DNA from: Planctomycetota bacterium
GTDB taxonomy: Bacteria; Planctomycetota; UBA1135; UBA2386
Assembly (NCBI GenBank): GCA_965223545.1
Contig: OZ245006.1
Location: forward strand, 6,912,001-6,976,000
Direction of reading: 5' to 3'
Length of the DNA: 64,000 bases
Shown here: piece by piece, positions 9,466 through 19,093 of the stretch
Layout: every line of letters starts with the position of its first letter
Position numbering within the stretch: the first letter of the stretch is position 1
Made by a program: the position numbers and the translations under genes
Notes under the pieces: model-generated
The model's input: only the letters and a program-made list of their open reading frames with translations
The model's database searches: none
What the model was told of the DNA's origin: nothing

Positions 9466-10506
9466 TTGGTCGCGACACCGCCTGCACGTTCCCGCTCGAG
9501 CCGACCGCTGGCCACCGTGTGGCGCAGTGGCCGTGAGGAGTCCGCGCACTGGGGAGCGCTCGTGGCGGTGCCGGCCGACGGGGGCGCAGCGCTGCTCGCG
9601 TGCGGCGACGTCGACCGCCCGGTGTTCGCGCGGTCGGCGGTCAAGCCGCTGCAGGCGCTGCCGCTGTTCACCGAGGGCTTGGTGGCGCGCGCCGAGCTCA
9701 CCGCCGAGGAGTGCGCCGTGCTCTGCGCGAGCCACGACGGCACGCCGGTGCACACCACGGCGGTGCGCCGCGTGCTGGCCGCGTTCGGGCTGGACGAGGC
9801 GCTGCTGCGCTGCGGGCCACACGCGCCCTTCGACAAGAAGTCCTCGCTGGCGATCGCGCGCGCCGGCGAGAAGCCGGCCCGGATCCACAACAACTGCTCC
9901 GGCAAGCACGCGGGGTTTCTGGCCCTGGCGCGGCATTGCGGCGATCCGCTCGAACGCTATCTCGAGCCGGACAGCGCGGCGCAGCGGCAGGTGCGCGCCG
10001 CGGTGGCCGGCGCCGCCGGGCTGGAGTCCGGCGCGTTGGAAGTCGGCGCCGACGGCTGCGGTGCGCCGACCCTGCGGCTGCCGCTGATCGCCCTGGCGCG
10101 GGCCTTCGCCCGGTTGGCGAACCACCCCGACCCGTCCTCCGTTGAGGGCCGCGCATGTGCCGCGATCCTGCAAGCCGTCCACCGCGCGCCGGTGCTCGTC
10201 GCCGGCGAGCGGCGGCTGTGCACGGCGCTGCTGCGGGCCGCGCCTGTGCCGATGTTCGCCAAGAACGGGGCCGAGGGCGTCTACGCGGTCGGGGTGTCGG
10301 GCACCGTGGAGCACCCTGGCTTCGGCTTGGCGGTCAAGGTCGACGACGGGCACGAGCGCGGCTACATGCCGGCCGTCGTCCACGCGCTGGTGCGCCTCGG
10401 TGTCTGGCGCACGGTGCCGGATGCGCTGCAGCGCTTTGCCGAGGTGCCGGTGCTCGACACCAACAAGCAACCCGTGGGCAGCGTGCGCTGCGCGGTGGAG
10501 TGGTAG
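9466..10506 (+). CDS. L-asparaginase II (Rhizobium AnsA-type, class 3)
   Basis: RSAVKPLQAL, ASHDG, HNNCSGKHAG, DGCGAP and AKNGAEG motifs. Start approximate. Confidence 0.9.
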   Translation: MVATPPARSRSSRPLATVWRSGREESAHWGALVAVPADGGAALLACGDVDRPVFARSAVKPLQALPLFTEGLVARAELTAEECAVLCASHDGTPVHTTAVRRVLAAFGLDEALLRCGPHAPFDKKSSLAIARAGEKPARIHNNCSGKHAGFLALARHCGDPLERYLEPDSAAQRQVRAAVAGAAGLESGALEVGADGCGAPTLRLPLIALARAFARLANHPDPSSVEGRACAAILQAVHRAPVLVAGERRLCTALLRAAPVPMFAKNGAEGVYAVGVSGTVEHPGFGLAVKVDDGHERGYMPAVVHALVRLGVWRTVPDALQRFAEVPVLDTNKQPVGSVRCAVEW

Positions 10507-10508
10507 TG

Positions 10509-11321
10509 ATGGCGGTGCAGCGCGTCGACGATATCCCTGCTCTGCCGCCGCGGCCGATCGATGCGCACAAGGGCAGCTGCGGGACGGTCGTGGTGGTCGC
10601 CGGCAGCGACGGCATGCTGGGCGCGGCGATCCTGACGGCGCAGGGCGCGCTGCGCGGCGGGGCCGGGTTGGTGCGCTGCGTGCTGCCCGAGGCGCTGATG
10701 CCGTGGCTGACAGTGGGGGTTCCATGTGCCACCACTCGGCGGCGCGATGGGGCACCGGCAGAATGGGTCGCGGGCGCCAGCGCGGTCGTCGTCGGGCCCG
10801 GGCTCGGCCAGGGCGCGGGAGTGCGCGCCATGGTGGACGGCGTGCGCGCGGCCGCGCCGGCAGTGCTCGATGCCGACGCCCTCAACGCGCTGGCCCCGCT
10901 TGCCGACACCGCCGCCGCGCCGGTTGCCGAGGTGTGGACACCGCACCCCGGCGAGGCCGCGCGGTTGCTCGACTGCGCGGTGGGTCGCATCGCGGGAGAT
11001 CGCGAGGCGGCGGCGTTGGAGCTGGCGCGGCGCAGCGGCGCGGTGGTCGTGCTCAAGGGGGCGGGCACGGTCGTCACCGACGGTGCGCGGCTGTTCGTCA
11101 ACCCGACCGGCAACGCCGGCATGGCGACCGGGGGCAGTGGTGACGTGCTCGCCGGCCTGACCGGAGCGCTGCTGGCGCTGGGGATGCCGCCGTTCGACGC
11201 GGCGCGCGCCGCGGTGCACGCGCACGGTGCTGCGGGCGATCTGGTCGCCGCCCGCCTGTCGCAGACGGGCGTCACCGCGGCCGACCTGCCGCTGGCGATC
11301 GCTGAGGTGCTGCGGCCGTGA
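10509..11321 (+). CDS. nnrD: ADP-dependent NAD(P)H-hydrate dehydratase (YjeF C-terminal domain only)
   Basis: HKGSCG, GPGLG, LDADAL, TPHPGEAARL, LKGAGT and MATGGSGDVLAG motifs. Confidence 0.93.
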   Translation: MAVQRVDDIPALPPRPIDAHKGSCGTVVVVAGSDGMLGAAILTAQGALRGGAGLVRCVLPEALMPWLTVGVPCATTRRRDGAPAEWVAGASAVVVGPGLGQGAGVRAMVDGVRAAAPAVLDADALNALAPLADTAAAPVAEVWTPHPGEAARLLDCAVGRIAGDREAAALELARRSGAVVVLKGAGTVVTDGARLFVNPTGNAGMATGGSGDVLAGLTGALLALGMPPFDAARAAVHAHGAAGDLVAARLSQTGVTAADLPLAIAEVLRP

Positions 11322-14026
11322 GACGACCCCGGCACCGGGCTGTCTGCTGGTCGACCGCGTTCGTCGCGGCGATCGCGTCTCCGGCGCTGGCGCAAGAGGC
11401 GCCGGCCCAGGCGCTGCTCTCGGCCGAGCGAGTGGCGGCCGAGCGCGCGCGCCGGACGCTCTGCGCACGTCCGCTGGCGGAAGGGGCAGCCACGGCGCTG
11501 CGAACCGCGCTTGCCGACCCCGCGTTGGCGCCGGCAGCGCGCGCCCGCGTGGCGTCGGTGCTCGACGCGCACGGCGCGCTCCCCGACACCGTTCGTCAGG
11601 CCTGGCTCGACGATGCGGACGACGCGCTGTTCGCGCTGGCGCTGCCGGCGGCGAGCACCGAGGAGCTGCGGGCGCGGTTGCGCGGGAGCGCGCCCGCTCG
11701 GCGCCGCGCCGTGCTGTTCGCGCTGCAGGACCGCGGCGCCTTGCGCGACGCGTCGCTGATGGCCGCGCTCGCCGACGATGACGAGGACGTCGCCGGCGCC
11801 GCGCTGAGTGTGCTCGTGCACGAGCGCAGCCCCTTGCCCGTCGAACTCGCCGACGTCGATGCGGTGGCGCGCGATCGACTGCTGGAGGCGCTGGCCGCGC
11901 AGCCGCGGCCGAGCGCCGTGGGTTGGGTGCGCCGGCTCTTGGCGGGGGATCGGCTGGCGCCCGAGCAGCGCCTCTGGGCGATCGCGGTGTTGCCCGACGG
12001 CGGCGTCGACGACGCGCTGGCGGCGGAGCTGGTCGCGCAGTGCGCCGACCGCGCGCTGGCCGGCGCCGTGGCGCAGGCGGCGCGGCGGCTGGCCCCGGAG
12101 ACCGCCGACCGCCTGGTCGGGCGCGTGCACGCGGCGATCGCCGGCGGGGCGCCGGTGGATCGGGCGCTGGCCTGCCTCGAGCGCTGCTCGCCGCTGGGCG
12201 AGCGCCAAGTGCTGGCGTTGAGCGAAGTCCTCGATGCCGATGCCGTCGAGGCAGTGTGCAGCTGGCTGCACCGGCGCGAGTCGGTCGGGCTGCGCGAGCG
12301 CGTCGCGTCCGCCCTCGATGGCGAAGTCCCGCTGCGCCTGCACCTGTTGCGGCGCGCGCGAAAGGCACTGACCACGCCGGTGCGCATCGAGCGGGTCGCG
12401 GCGGAGTTGTCGGATGAGACTCGGCCGGCGGGCGCGTTCGCGGCGACCGTCGACGGCACCCCGGAAGAACGCGCGGCACTGGCGTTCGCCGCGCTGACGG
12501 CCGCCGGGGTGTACCACCCCGCCATGCCCGCCTACGTCGACGGCGTGGCGGGGCGGCAGCGGCAGAGCCGCGTGCGCGCGGTGCTGCGGATTCCGCCGCA
12601 GCGGCTGCCGCTGGAGTGGTGGACCGCGCTCTGGCGTGGCCCGATCGGCGACGGGGCGGCGCTGGTGCAGCGGGCGGCGTCGCGGCGCGGCTATCCGGCC
12701 GGCGCCTCGGCGGTGTTGTTGGCGGACTGCACCGAGCCCGGCCGCGGCGCGGCGGCTTGTGCCGCGCTGGCGGCCTTCGGCGCGGACGAGGAGGTCGAGG
12801 CGGCGTGGCGCCGCGCGCCCGCACACCGTCTCACCATGCTCGACACCCTGATCGAGCGGCCGCGCCCGACGGCGGCGGCGGTGCTGGCGCGGTTGCCGAT
12901 CGACGTGGCCGATCGAAAGCGGCGGGCGGCTTGGCTGCGGACGCGGGCGGCTCTGGGCGACCGGGATGCGTTCGCTGCGCTGCTGGACGAGCTCGTGACT
13001 TGGCCGCCGCGCGCGGTGCGGCGCTGTCGTTCGTTCGCGCCGGGCATGCTGACGATCGACCACCGGGCGCGGCTCGAAGAGATGCTCTGGGGCGGTGACG
13101 CCGCCGACGCGCTGCGGCGCGAGCTGGCGGAGTGGCTCGACAGCGCCCGCCTCGAGTGGGCGGACGCCCTGTTGGTGCGGCTGCACGCCGGCGATCCGGA
13201 CGCCGAGGTCCGCGCGGTGGCGCTTGCCGGCGTCCTGCGCGGGCCCGGGGCAGCGGACATCCACACCCGGCTGCGGCGGTCGTTCGCGGCGCCGCTGGAG
13301 GGCGACGCGCTGGAGCGCGTCTACGAGTTCGTCGCGGCGTCACCACCGGCTGACGCGGCCACCGTCGAGACCTTGGCGCGGCTGTTGCTCGAGGCGCCGC
13401 TGGCGGTGACCGACGCCGAGCTCGAGGCGGCCCTGTCCGGCATCGAACCGGGCCGCGCGACGTACCCGATGCATCGCACGGTGGTGGACTTCCTGCGCCG
13501 AGAGGATGCCTTCGACGCGGCCCCCTTCGTCGCGGTCGCGGCCGAGGTCGCGACCGATCCGCGCAGTGTGTGGCTGAACGTCCGGCGGCTGGGCCACCTG
13601 TTGGAGCAGCTGGCCCCTGCGCCGCGGCTGCGCGCCGCCCTCGCCCCCGCGGTCGCCGAGTTCTTGCTGCACGTTCCACAATCCGAGCCGCAGCTCGACG
13701 GTGCCGCCGCGTGGCTGCTCGGTGAGTCCGCCGGCCAGCGCGGCGACTTCGCGGTGGCGGCCGACCTGGCCGCCCGCGGCGCCCGCGTCCTGCTGCGGCA
13801 GCCGCTGCCGCCGCCGATCCAGCGGCTGGTCCTCGGGGATGGCGACACCGCCGGGATCGAGGTGCGGGCCGCTGCGCTGCCCTGGCTGTGGCGCGCCCGC
13901 CACCACGCCGCCACCGGCGACCCGGCGGCCGCGCGCGCCGACCTGGCGATCGCCGAAGACCTTGCCTGCGGGGAGCCGCAGACGACACTGGAGATCCGTG
14001 CCTTGACCGAAGAACTCGAGCCATGA
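11318..14026 (+). CDS. Large exported alpha-solenoid (HEAT-like) hypothetical protein
   Basis: 902 aa, signal peptide ending ALA-Q, Ala/Leu-rich helices with DxDxxVR motifs. GTGA/ATGA overlaps with both neighbours. Confidence 0.7.
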   Translation: MRRPRHRAVCWSTAFVAAIASPALAQEAPAQALLSAERVAAERARRTLCARPLAEGAATALRTALADPALAPAARARVASVLDAHGALPDTVRQAWLDDADDALFALALPAASTEELRARLRGSAPARRRAVLFALQDRGALRDASLMAALADDDEDVAGAALSVLVHERSPLPVELADVDAVARDRLLEALAAQPRPSAVGWVRRLLAGDRLAPEQRLWAIAVLPDGGVDDALAAELVAQCADRALAGAVAQAARRLAPETADRLVGRVHAAIAGGAPVDRALACLERCSPLGERQVLALSEVLDADAVEAVCSWLHRRESVGLRERVASALDGEVPLRLHLLRRARKALTTPVRIERVAAELSDETRPAGAFAATVDGTPEERAALAFAALTAAGVYHPAMPAYVDGVAGRQRQSRVRAVLRIPPQRLPLEWWTALWRGPIGDGAALVQRAASRRGYPAGASAVLLADCTEPGRGAAACAALAAFGADEEVEAAWRRAPAHRLTMLDTLIERPRPTAAAVLARLPIDVADRKRRAAWLRTRAALGDRDAFAALLDELVTWPPRAVRRCRSFAPGMLTIDHRARLEEMLWGGDAADALRRELAEWLDSARLEWADALLVRLHAGDPDAEVRAVALAGVLRGPGAADIHTRLRRSFAAPLEGDALERVYEFVAASPPADAATVETLARLLLEAPLAVTDAELEAALSGIEPGRATYPMHRTVVDFLRREDAFDAAPFVAVAAEVATDPRSVWLNVRRLGHLLEQLAPAPRLRAALAPAVAEFLLHVPQSEPQLDGAAAWLLGESAGQRGDFAVAADLAARGARVLLRQPLPPPIQRLVLGDGDTAGIEVRAAALPWLWRARHHAATGDPAAARADLAIAEDLACGEPQTTLEIRALTEELEP

Positions 14027-14811
14027 CGTTGCGTTGCCTTTGCCTCTGTGTGTTGTTGGTCGCGGCCCCCGCCGCGCAGGTCGATCCGCCGCAAGCCCTC
14101 GAGGCCCAGCGCCAGCAATTGCTCGAGCAGCTCGCCGAGGGTGGGGTCCGGGTCGACCTCGAGCAGCAGACGATCCGCGTCGCGGCCGAGGTGGTGCGCG
14201 TCGGCGACCCGCTCGAGTACTTCTTGATCCACCGGCAGGGCAAGTCGCACGAGGCGCTGTTCGTCACCGAGGTCAAGCCCAGCCTGCTCAACTCGGCGTT
14301 CCTGCTGCTCGGCTTCGAGAACGGCAGCAACGCCGAGGTGGTCCCGGTCGAGCCGCCACCGAGCGAGGCCGAGATCGAGGCCGGCGCGCGGGTCTTCGAC
14401 GTCGTGCCGCCGAAGGGGCAGCCGCTGTGGATCACGGTGTCGTGGCAGGATGGCGAGCGCCGCGTCGAGCACTCCGCCGACGAGCTGATCGTCGACCTGA
14501 CCACCGACGCCGCGCTCGCCGAGGGCGAGTGGATCTACCTCGGCGGCCGGCTCGCCGCCCTCTACCGCGGCGACCCGCCGGTGTTCGTCGCCGACTACGA
14601 GGGCAACCTGATCAGCATCTGCTACCTGATGCCGGCCAACCACCTGGCGACGCTGCGGCACGCGCGTGCCGACGACGATCAGAACTGGTGGAGGACCGAG
14701 CTGTGCCCGCCCGTTGGCACCGCGGTGGAGATCTGCTTCCGCCGGCAGCCACCGGCGGAGGCGAACCGCGAGCCCGCGCCGGCGGCCGAGGCCGACAAGA
14801 AGCGCGGCTGA
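14023..14811 (+). CDS. YdjY-like domain exported protein
   Basis: Signal peptide; LEYFL...GKSHEALF...PSLLNSAFLLLG, WIYLGG and EGNLIS pattern. Confidence 0.65.
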   Translation: MTLRCLCLCVLLVAAPAAQVDPPQALEAQRQQLLEQLAEGGVRVDLEQQTIRVAAEVVRVGDPLEYFLIHRQGKSHEALFVTEVKPSLLNSAFLLLGFENGSNAEVVPVEPPPSEAEIEAGARVFDVVPPKGQPLWITVSWQDGERRVEHSADELIVDLTTDAALAEGEWIYLGGRLAALYRGDPPVFVADYEGNLISICYLMPANHLATLRHARADDDQNWWRTELCPPVGTAVEICFRRQPPAEANREPAPAAEADKKRG

Positions 14812-16145
14812 TGGCGCAGCGGCAGCTGCCGACTTGGCTGCTGTGTGCGGCGATCGCCGGCGCGGCCGCGCCGGTGGGGTGGTGCGACTTCTACACAGCG
14901 CTGCCGTTTTGGGTGATGGCCAACGCCGCCTACGGCGTCGTCGTGGTGCGTCTGGTGCGCGGCGCGGCGGCGCCCGGCCTCGGCGCGGCGCTGCTGGCCG
15001 TGCTCGCGCTGCGCGCCGTGTGCTTGCCGCACCCGCCGTCGTACAGCGACGACGTCTACCGCTACCTGCACGAGGGCGCGGTGGTGCTCGCCGGTCACAA
15101 CCCGTACGAGATGGCGCCCGCCGATGCTCCCCCGGCGCTGCGCGGCGCGTACTGGGAGCGGATCAACAACCCCGAGATCTCCGCCGCGTATCCGCCCGCG
15201 GTGCAGTGCGCGCTCGCCGCCGGTGCATGGCTGTCCGCCGAGCCGATCGGCATGAAGCTGGTGTTCGGCGCCTGCGACGTCCTGGTCTTCGTCGCGCTGT
15301 GGCTGGCGTTGCCGTGGCTCTCGGTGCCCCGGCACATGGCGCTGGTGTGGGGGCTCTGTCCGCTGATGGCGTTCGAGTTCGCCGGTCAGGCGCACAGCGA
15401 CAGCTTGGCGGTGTTGGCGACCGTGTTGGGAGTGTTCTTCGGCGTGCGCCGCCGCGCCGTGCTCGCCGGCATCGCGATCGGCATCGCCGCCGGTGCGAAG
15501 TTGATGCCGCTCGCGCTGCTGCCGTTCGCGCTGCGCGGCACGGTGTGGTGGCGCGGCGTGGTCGCCTGCGCGGCGACGGTCGCCCTGTTGTGGGCTCCGT
15601 TCTGGACCGATCCGGCCCAGCTGCTGGCCGGCACGGAGCAGTACTCGCGGCGCTGGAGCGGCAACGCCACGCTGTTCCTGCCCCTGCTCGCCACAGGCCA
15701 GTGGCTGGAGGGGATCGGTTGGTTGCGGGGCTTCGACCACCTTTGGCTGCGCGAAGGGCAGGCGATCGCCAAGCTGCCGCTGGCCGCCCTCACCGTCGGC
15801 TTGCTGGCCGCCTGCTGGTGGCGGCGGTGCTCGACGCCGCGGACGGCGCTGTGGTTCTTCGTCTTCTTCGTCGCGTTCTCGCCGACGGTGCACCCCTGGT
15901 ACGTCAGCCATCTGCTGCCGTGGCTGTGCGTGTGGCCCAACCCGGGGCTCATCGCCTTCTCGGCGACCGTGTTCTTCGCCTATCACGTGCTTCCCCGCTG
16001 GCACGTCGAGGGTGTTTGGGAGCCGACGTGGTGGTGGACGGCGGCGGAGTACCTGCCGTTCTATGTCGGCGTGGTGTGGCTCCTGTCGCGCAGCTGGTCA
16101 AGCCGCGGTGGCATGGGCGCGGCGCCGCCGCGTTCCGCCGCCTGA
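14811..16145 (+). CDS. GT-C fold membrane glycosyltransferase (GT87-like)
   Basis: SDDVYRYLHEG, GHNPY, AAYPP and HPWY motifs; many TM helices. Confidence 0.85.
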   Translation: MAQRQLPTWLLCAAIAGAAAPVGWCDFYTALPFWVMANAAYGVVVVRLVRGAAAPGLGAALLAVLALRAVCLPHPPSYSDDVYRYLHEGAVVLAGHNPYEMAPADAPPALRGAYWERINNPEISAAYPPAVQCALAAGAWLSAEPIGMKLVFGACDVLVFVALWLALPWLSVPRHMALVWGLCPLMAFEFAGQAHSDSLAVLATVLGVFFGVRRRAVLAGIAIGIAAGAKLMPLALLPFALRGTVWWRGVVACAATVALLWAPFWTDPAQLLAGTEQYSRRWSGNATLFLPLLATGQWLEGIGWLRGFDHLWLREGQAIAKLPLAALTVGLLAACWWRRCSTPRTALWFFVFFVAFSPTVHPWYVSHLLPWLCVWPNPGLIAFSATVFFAYHVLPRWHVEGVWEPTWWWTAAEYLPFYVGVVWLLSRSWSSRGGMGAAPPRSAA

Positions 16146-16298
16146 AAACTCGGTGGCGGGGACGCCCCGGTCGGGCGTTACCATGTCGCCTGCCCTGCCG
16201 GGCTCATGCCGATCGCGGCCCTGCGCCGAAGTCGGTGATGGGCCCGGATTCCGGGTCGCACCCACACCACGCGCTTGCCGTCCTTCAAGCGAAGCGCA

Positions 16299-19055
16299 AT
16301 GCCCCCGACACCTCCGAGCGAACCGAAACCGAGCTGGCGACGCCTCCGCGCCGTCGCGGTCCTGGTCCTTGCGTGTTCCGCCGCCGGCCAGGAGACGCTG
16401 TTCGAATGGACGGGCGACGCGGTGGGCGACGGGTTCGGCCAGGGGTTGGCCGCGGTCGGCGACGTCGACCTCGACGGCTACCCGGACGTCTTGGTCGGCG
16501 CGCCGGGAGCGGATCGCAATGGATTGGACAGCGGTCACGCGGTCGTCTTCTCCGGCCGTGACGGGTCCATCCTCTGGGATGTTCACGGCCCGGCAGCCGG
16601 TGCCCGCTACGGCCAGCGCGTGGTTGCCGCCGGCGACGCCAACCGCGATGCCCATCGGGACTTCGCGGTCGCCGGCGCCACGACCTTCGAGCTGTACGAC
16701 GGCCGCACCGGTGCGCTCTTGCGGGCGCTGCCGGTGGGCGACGACGCGGCCTGCGCCGGCGACGTCGACCGCGACGGCCACGACGACCTGATCATCGGCT
16801 TCTTCACCGGCGGCACCAGCGGTGGCGGCTACGCGCTCGTGCTGTCCGGTCGGGATGGCCAGGTGCTGCACCGGTTCGACGGCCGCGCTGCCGGCGACAG
16901 CTTCGGCGTGGTCGCGGGCGGCCGCGACACCAACGGCGATGGCTACGCCGATCTGGTCGTGGCGGCGCCCAACGGCGGCGGCTTCGGTGCACCCTACGTG
17001 CACGTGTACGACGGCAAGTCGGGCCGGCAGCTGCTGCAGATCGGCAGCGGCATCTTTCGGTTCGGGCACGACGTGGCACTGGTCGACGACGTCGACGGCG
17101 ACGGCGCCGCGGATGTGTTGGTCGGCGCGCCGGACATCGGGGCGACCTGTGCGACGGGCAGCGCGGTGCTGTACTCGGGGCGCACGGGCGTCGTGCTGCG
17201 CGTGGTGCAAGGCCGCACCGAGCCGCGCTGTCGCACCGTGGTCGAGCAGCTGGTGGGTGACGCGGTGGGCAACGGCGGCGACCTCGATGGTGACGGAATC
17301 GGCGATCTCGCGATTGCCTCGTTGCAGCGGCTGCGCGTCGTGTCCGCCGCCAGCGGCGAGAACCTGTTCGTCGTCCCACCGGCGGGGACCGGTTTTCGCG
17401 GCGCCTTCGCGGCGATCGGCGACGTCGATCGGGACGGCGCGGACGATGTCGCATGGAGCGATCCCACCGGTGCCGGGCGGGTGGTCGTCGTCTCCGCGCG
17501 GCGACCGCCGGTGGTCACCGAGTGGCATCACGGCTTGCTCGACGGGGGCTCGGTGCGCGCCGGTGGCAGCGATGGCAGCCGCCTCGTCATGGCGCGCGAG
17601 GGCGCGATCGTGTTTCCGCCGATGCCGCCGGCGTTCGAGATCCGCGACCGCGCCGGTGCCCTGGTCGGGCGTCGCGTGCTCGGCTATCCCGGCCAGCTGC
17701 GCGCCTCATTGGCGCCCGCCGGCGATGTCGACCAGGACCAGATCGGGGATTGGGTCGTGGGCTGGCACAGCGCCCTCGGTCCGGCTGTCAGCGCAGTGGA
17801 AGTGTACTCGGGACGCGATGCGCGGCCGCTGCGCACTTGGCCGGGACCGTTCGGTGATGCCTACGGCCGCGCGGTCGCCGGCGGCGTCGATTGGAATCGC
17901 GACGGCGTGCCGGACCAGGCGATCGGCTGGCCCACGGGTGGGCCGAGCGGCGCCGGCGTGGTCGAGATCCGTTCCGGCGCGGATGGCAGCTTGCTGTTCG
18001 CGTTTGGCGGCAGTGCAGCGGGAGATCGCTACGGCGCGGCGCTGGCGGTGGCGGGAGACGTCGATCGCGATGGGGTCGCCGAGTTGGCGGTCGGCGTGCC
18101 CGGTGCCGACCGCGTCGAGCTGCGCTCGATCGCCGGCGGCGGCGTCGTGTGGAACCATCAGGGAGTGGCGGGATCCGCGCTCGGCCACGCGGTGGCGGTC
18201 GCCGGCGATACGGATGGCGATCTGGCGGCGGAGGTGATCGCCGGCGCGCCGAATGCGGACCGCGCTCTGCTCCTCGCCGGTCGCGATGGATTGGCGCTGC
18301 AGGTGTTCACCGGGGTCGCGGGCAGTCGCTTCGGCCATGCGGTCGCGGGTGCCGCCGATTTCGATGGCGACGCCGTCGACGACCTGGTGGTCGCGGCTCC
18401 GTTGGCCGGAGCCGTCGCCGCCGGGGTCGCCGAGGTGCGGATATGGTCGGGGCGCACCGGTGCCGTGTTGTGGTCGGAGCGCGGCCACGCTGCCGCCGAC
18501 GAGCTGGGTGATTGGTTGGCAGTCGGCGCGCCGCCGCCGGGCGGTACCGGCCCGGAGCTGTGGATGGGTGCCGCGCGCGGTGGCTTCGGCTACGAAGGGG
18601 ACGGTGGCTTCTTCGGCGCCGGTTACGTCCGGTCCAGCCGCCCGGGGCGCGGGCGCGTCTCGCCCTTCGGCGACGGCTGTACCGGCGCTCTCGGCACGCC
18701 CTTGCTGAGTGGTTCCGTGCCAGCGTCGGCCGGCCGGTACTCGCTCAGCGTGCATGCCGTCGACCCGAGCGCGCCCGGCGCGCTGATCATCGGCATCAGC
18801 GACCGGCTCCACGGCGGGATCACGCTGCCCTGGGCGCTGTCCCCGCTGGGCGCACCGGGGTGTGCGCTGCTGGTCAGCATCGACGCGGTGCTGCCGCTGG
18901 CCTTGGGACCGCACCCTGCGCCGTTGCGGGTGCATTACTCCGTGCCCTCTGGATGGGCGGGGGCGACTCTGTTCCAGCAGTACGTGCAGCTCGATGCCGT
19001 CGCTGCCGGCGGTTTGGCGCTGAGCAACGCGGTGCGGATCACGTTCGCCCGCTGA
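16299..19055 (+). CDS. FG-GAP/integrin-alpha repeat exported protein with C-terminal beta module
   Basis: Many DxDxDGxxD loops and VGAP motifs; signal peptide. ATG 16299 chosen as start. Confidence 0.9.
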   Translation: MPPTPPSEPKPSWRRLRAVAVLVLACSAAGQETLFEWTGDAVGDGFGQGLAAVGDVDLDGYPDVLVGAPGADRNGLDSGHAVVFSGRDGSILWDVHGPAAGARYGQRVVAAGDANRDAHRDFAVAGATTFELYDGRTGALLRALPVGDDAACAGDVDRDGHDDLIIGFFTGGTSGGGYALVLSGRDGQVLHRFDGRAAGDSFGVVAGGRDTNGDGYADLVVAAPNGGGFGAPYVHVYDGKSGRQLLQIGSGIFRFGHDVALVDDVDGDGAADVLVGAPDIGATCATGSAVLYSGRTGVVLRVVQGRTEPRCRTVVEQLVGDAVGNGGDLDGDGIGDLAIASLQRLRVVSAASGENLFVVPPAGTGFRGAFAAIGDVDRDGADDVAWSDPTGAGRVVVVSARRPPVVTEWHHGLLDGGSVRAGGSDGSRLVMAREGAIVFPPMPPAFEIRDRAGALVGRRVLGYPGQLRASLAPAGDVDQDQIGDWVVGWHSALGPAVSAVEVYSGRDARPLRTWPGPFGDAYGRAVAGGVDWNRDGVPDQAIGWPTGGPSGAGVVEIRSGADGSLLFAFGGSAAGDRYGAALAVAGDVDRDGVAELAVGVPGADRVELRSIAGGGVVWNHQGVAGSALGHAVAVAGDTDGDLAAEVIAGAPNADRALLLAGRDGLALQVFTGVAGSRFGHAVAGAADFDGDAVDDLVVAAPLAGAVAAGVAEVRIWSGRTGAVLWSERGHAAADELGDWLAVGAPPPGGTGPELWMGAARGGFGYEGDGGFFGAGYVRSSRPGRGRVSPFGDGCTGALGTPLLSGSVPASAGRYSLSVHAVDPSAPGALIIGISDRLHGGITLPWALSPLGAPGCALLVSIDAVLPLALGPHPAPLRVHYSVPSGWAGATLFQQYVQLDAVAAGGLALSNAVRITFAR

Positions 19056-19093
19056 GGTGACGGAGCCATCTCGGCCGCGGCCGATGCCGCGCG

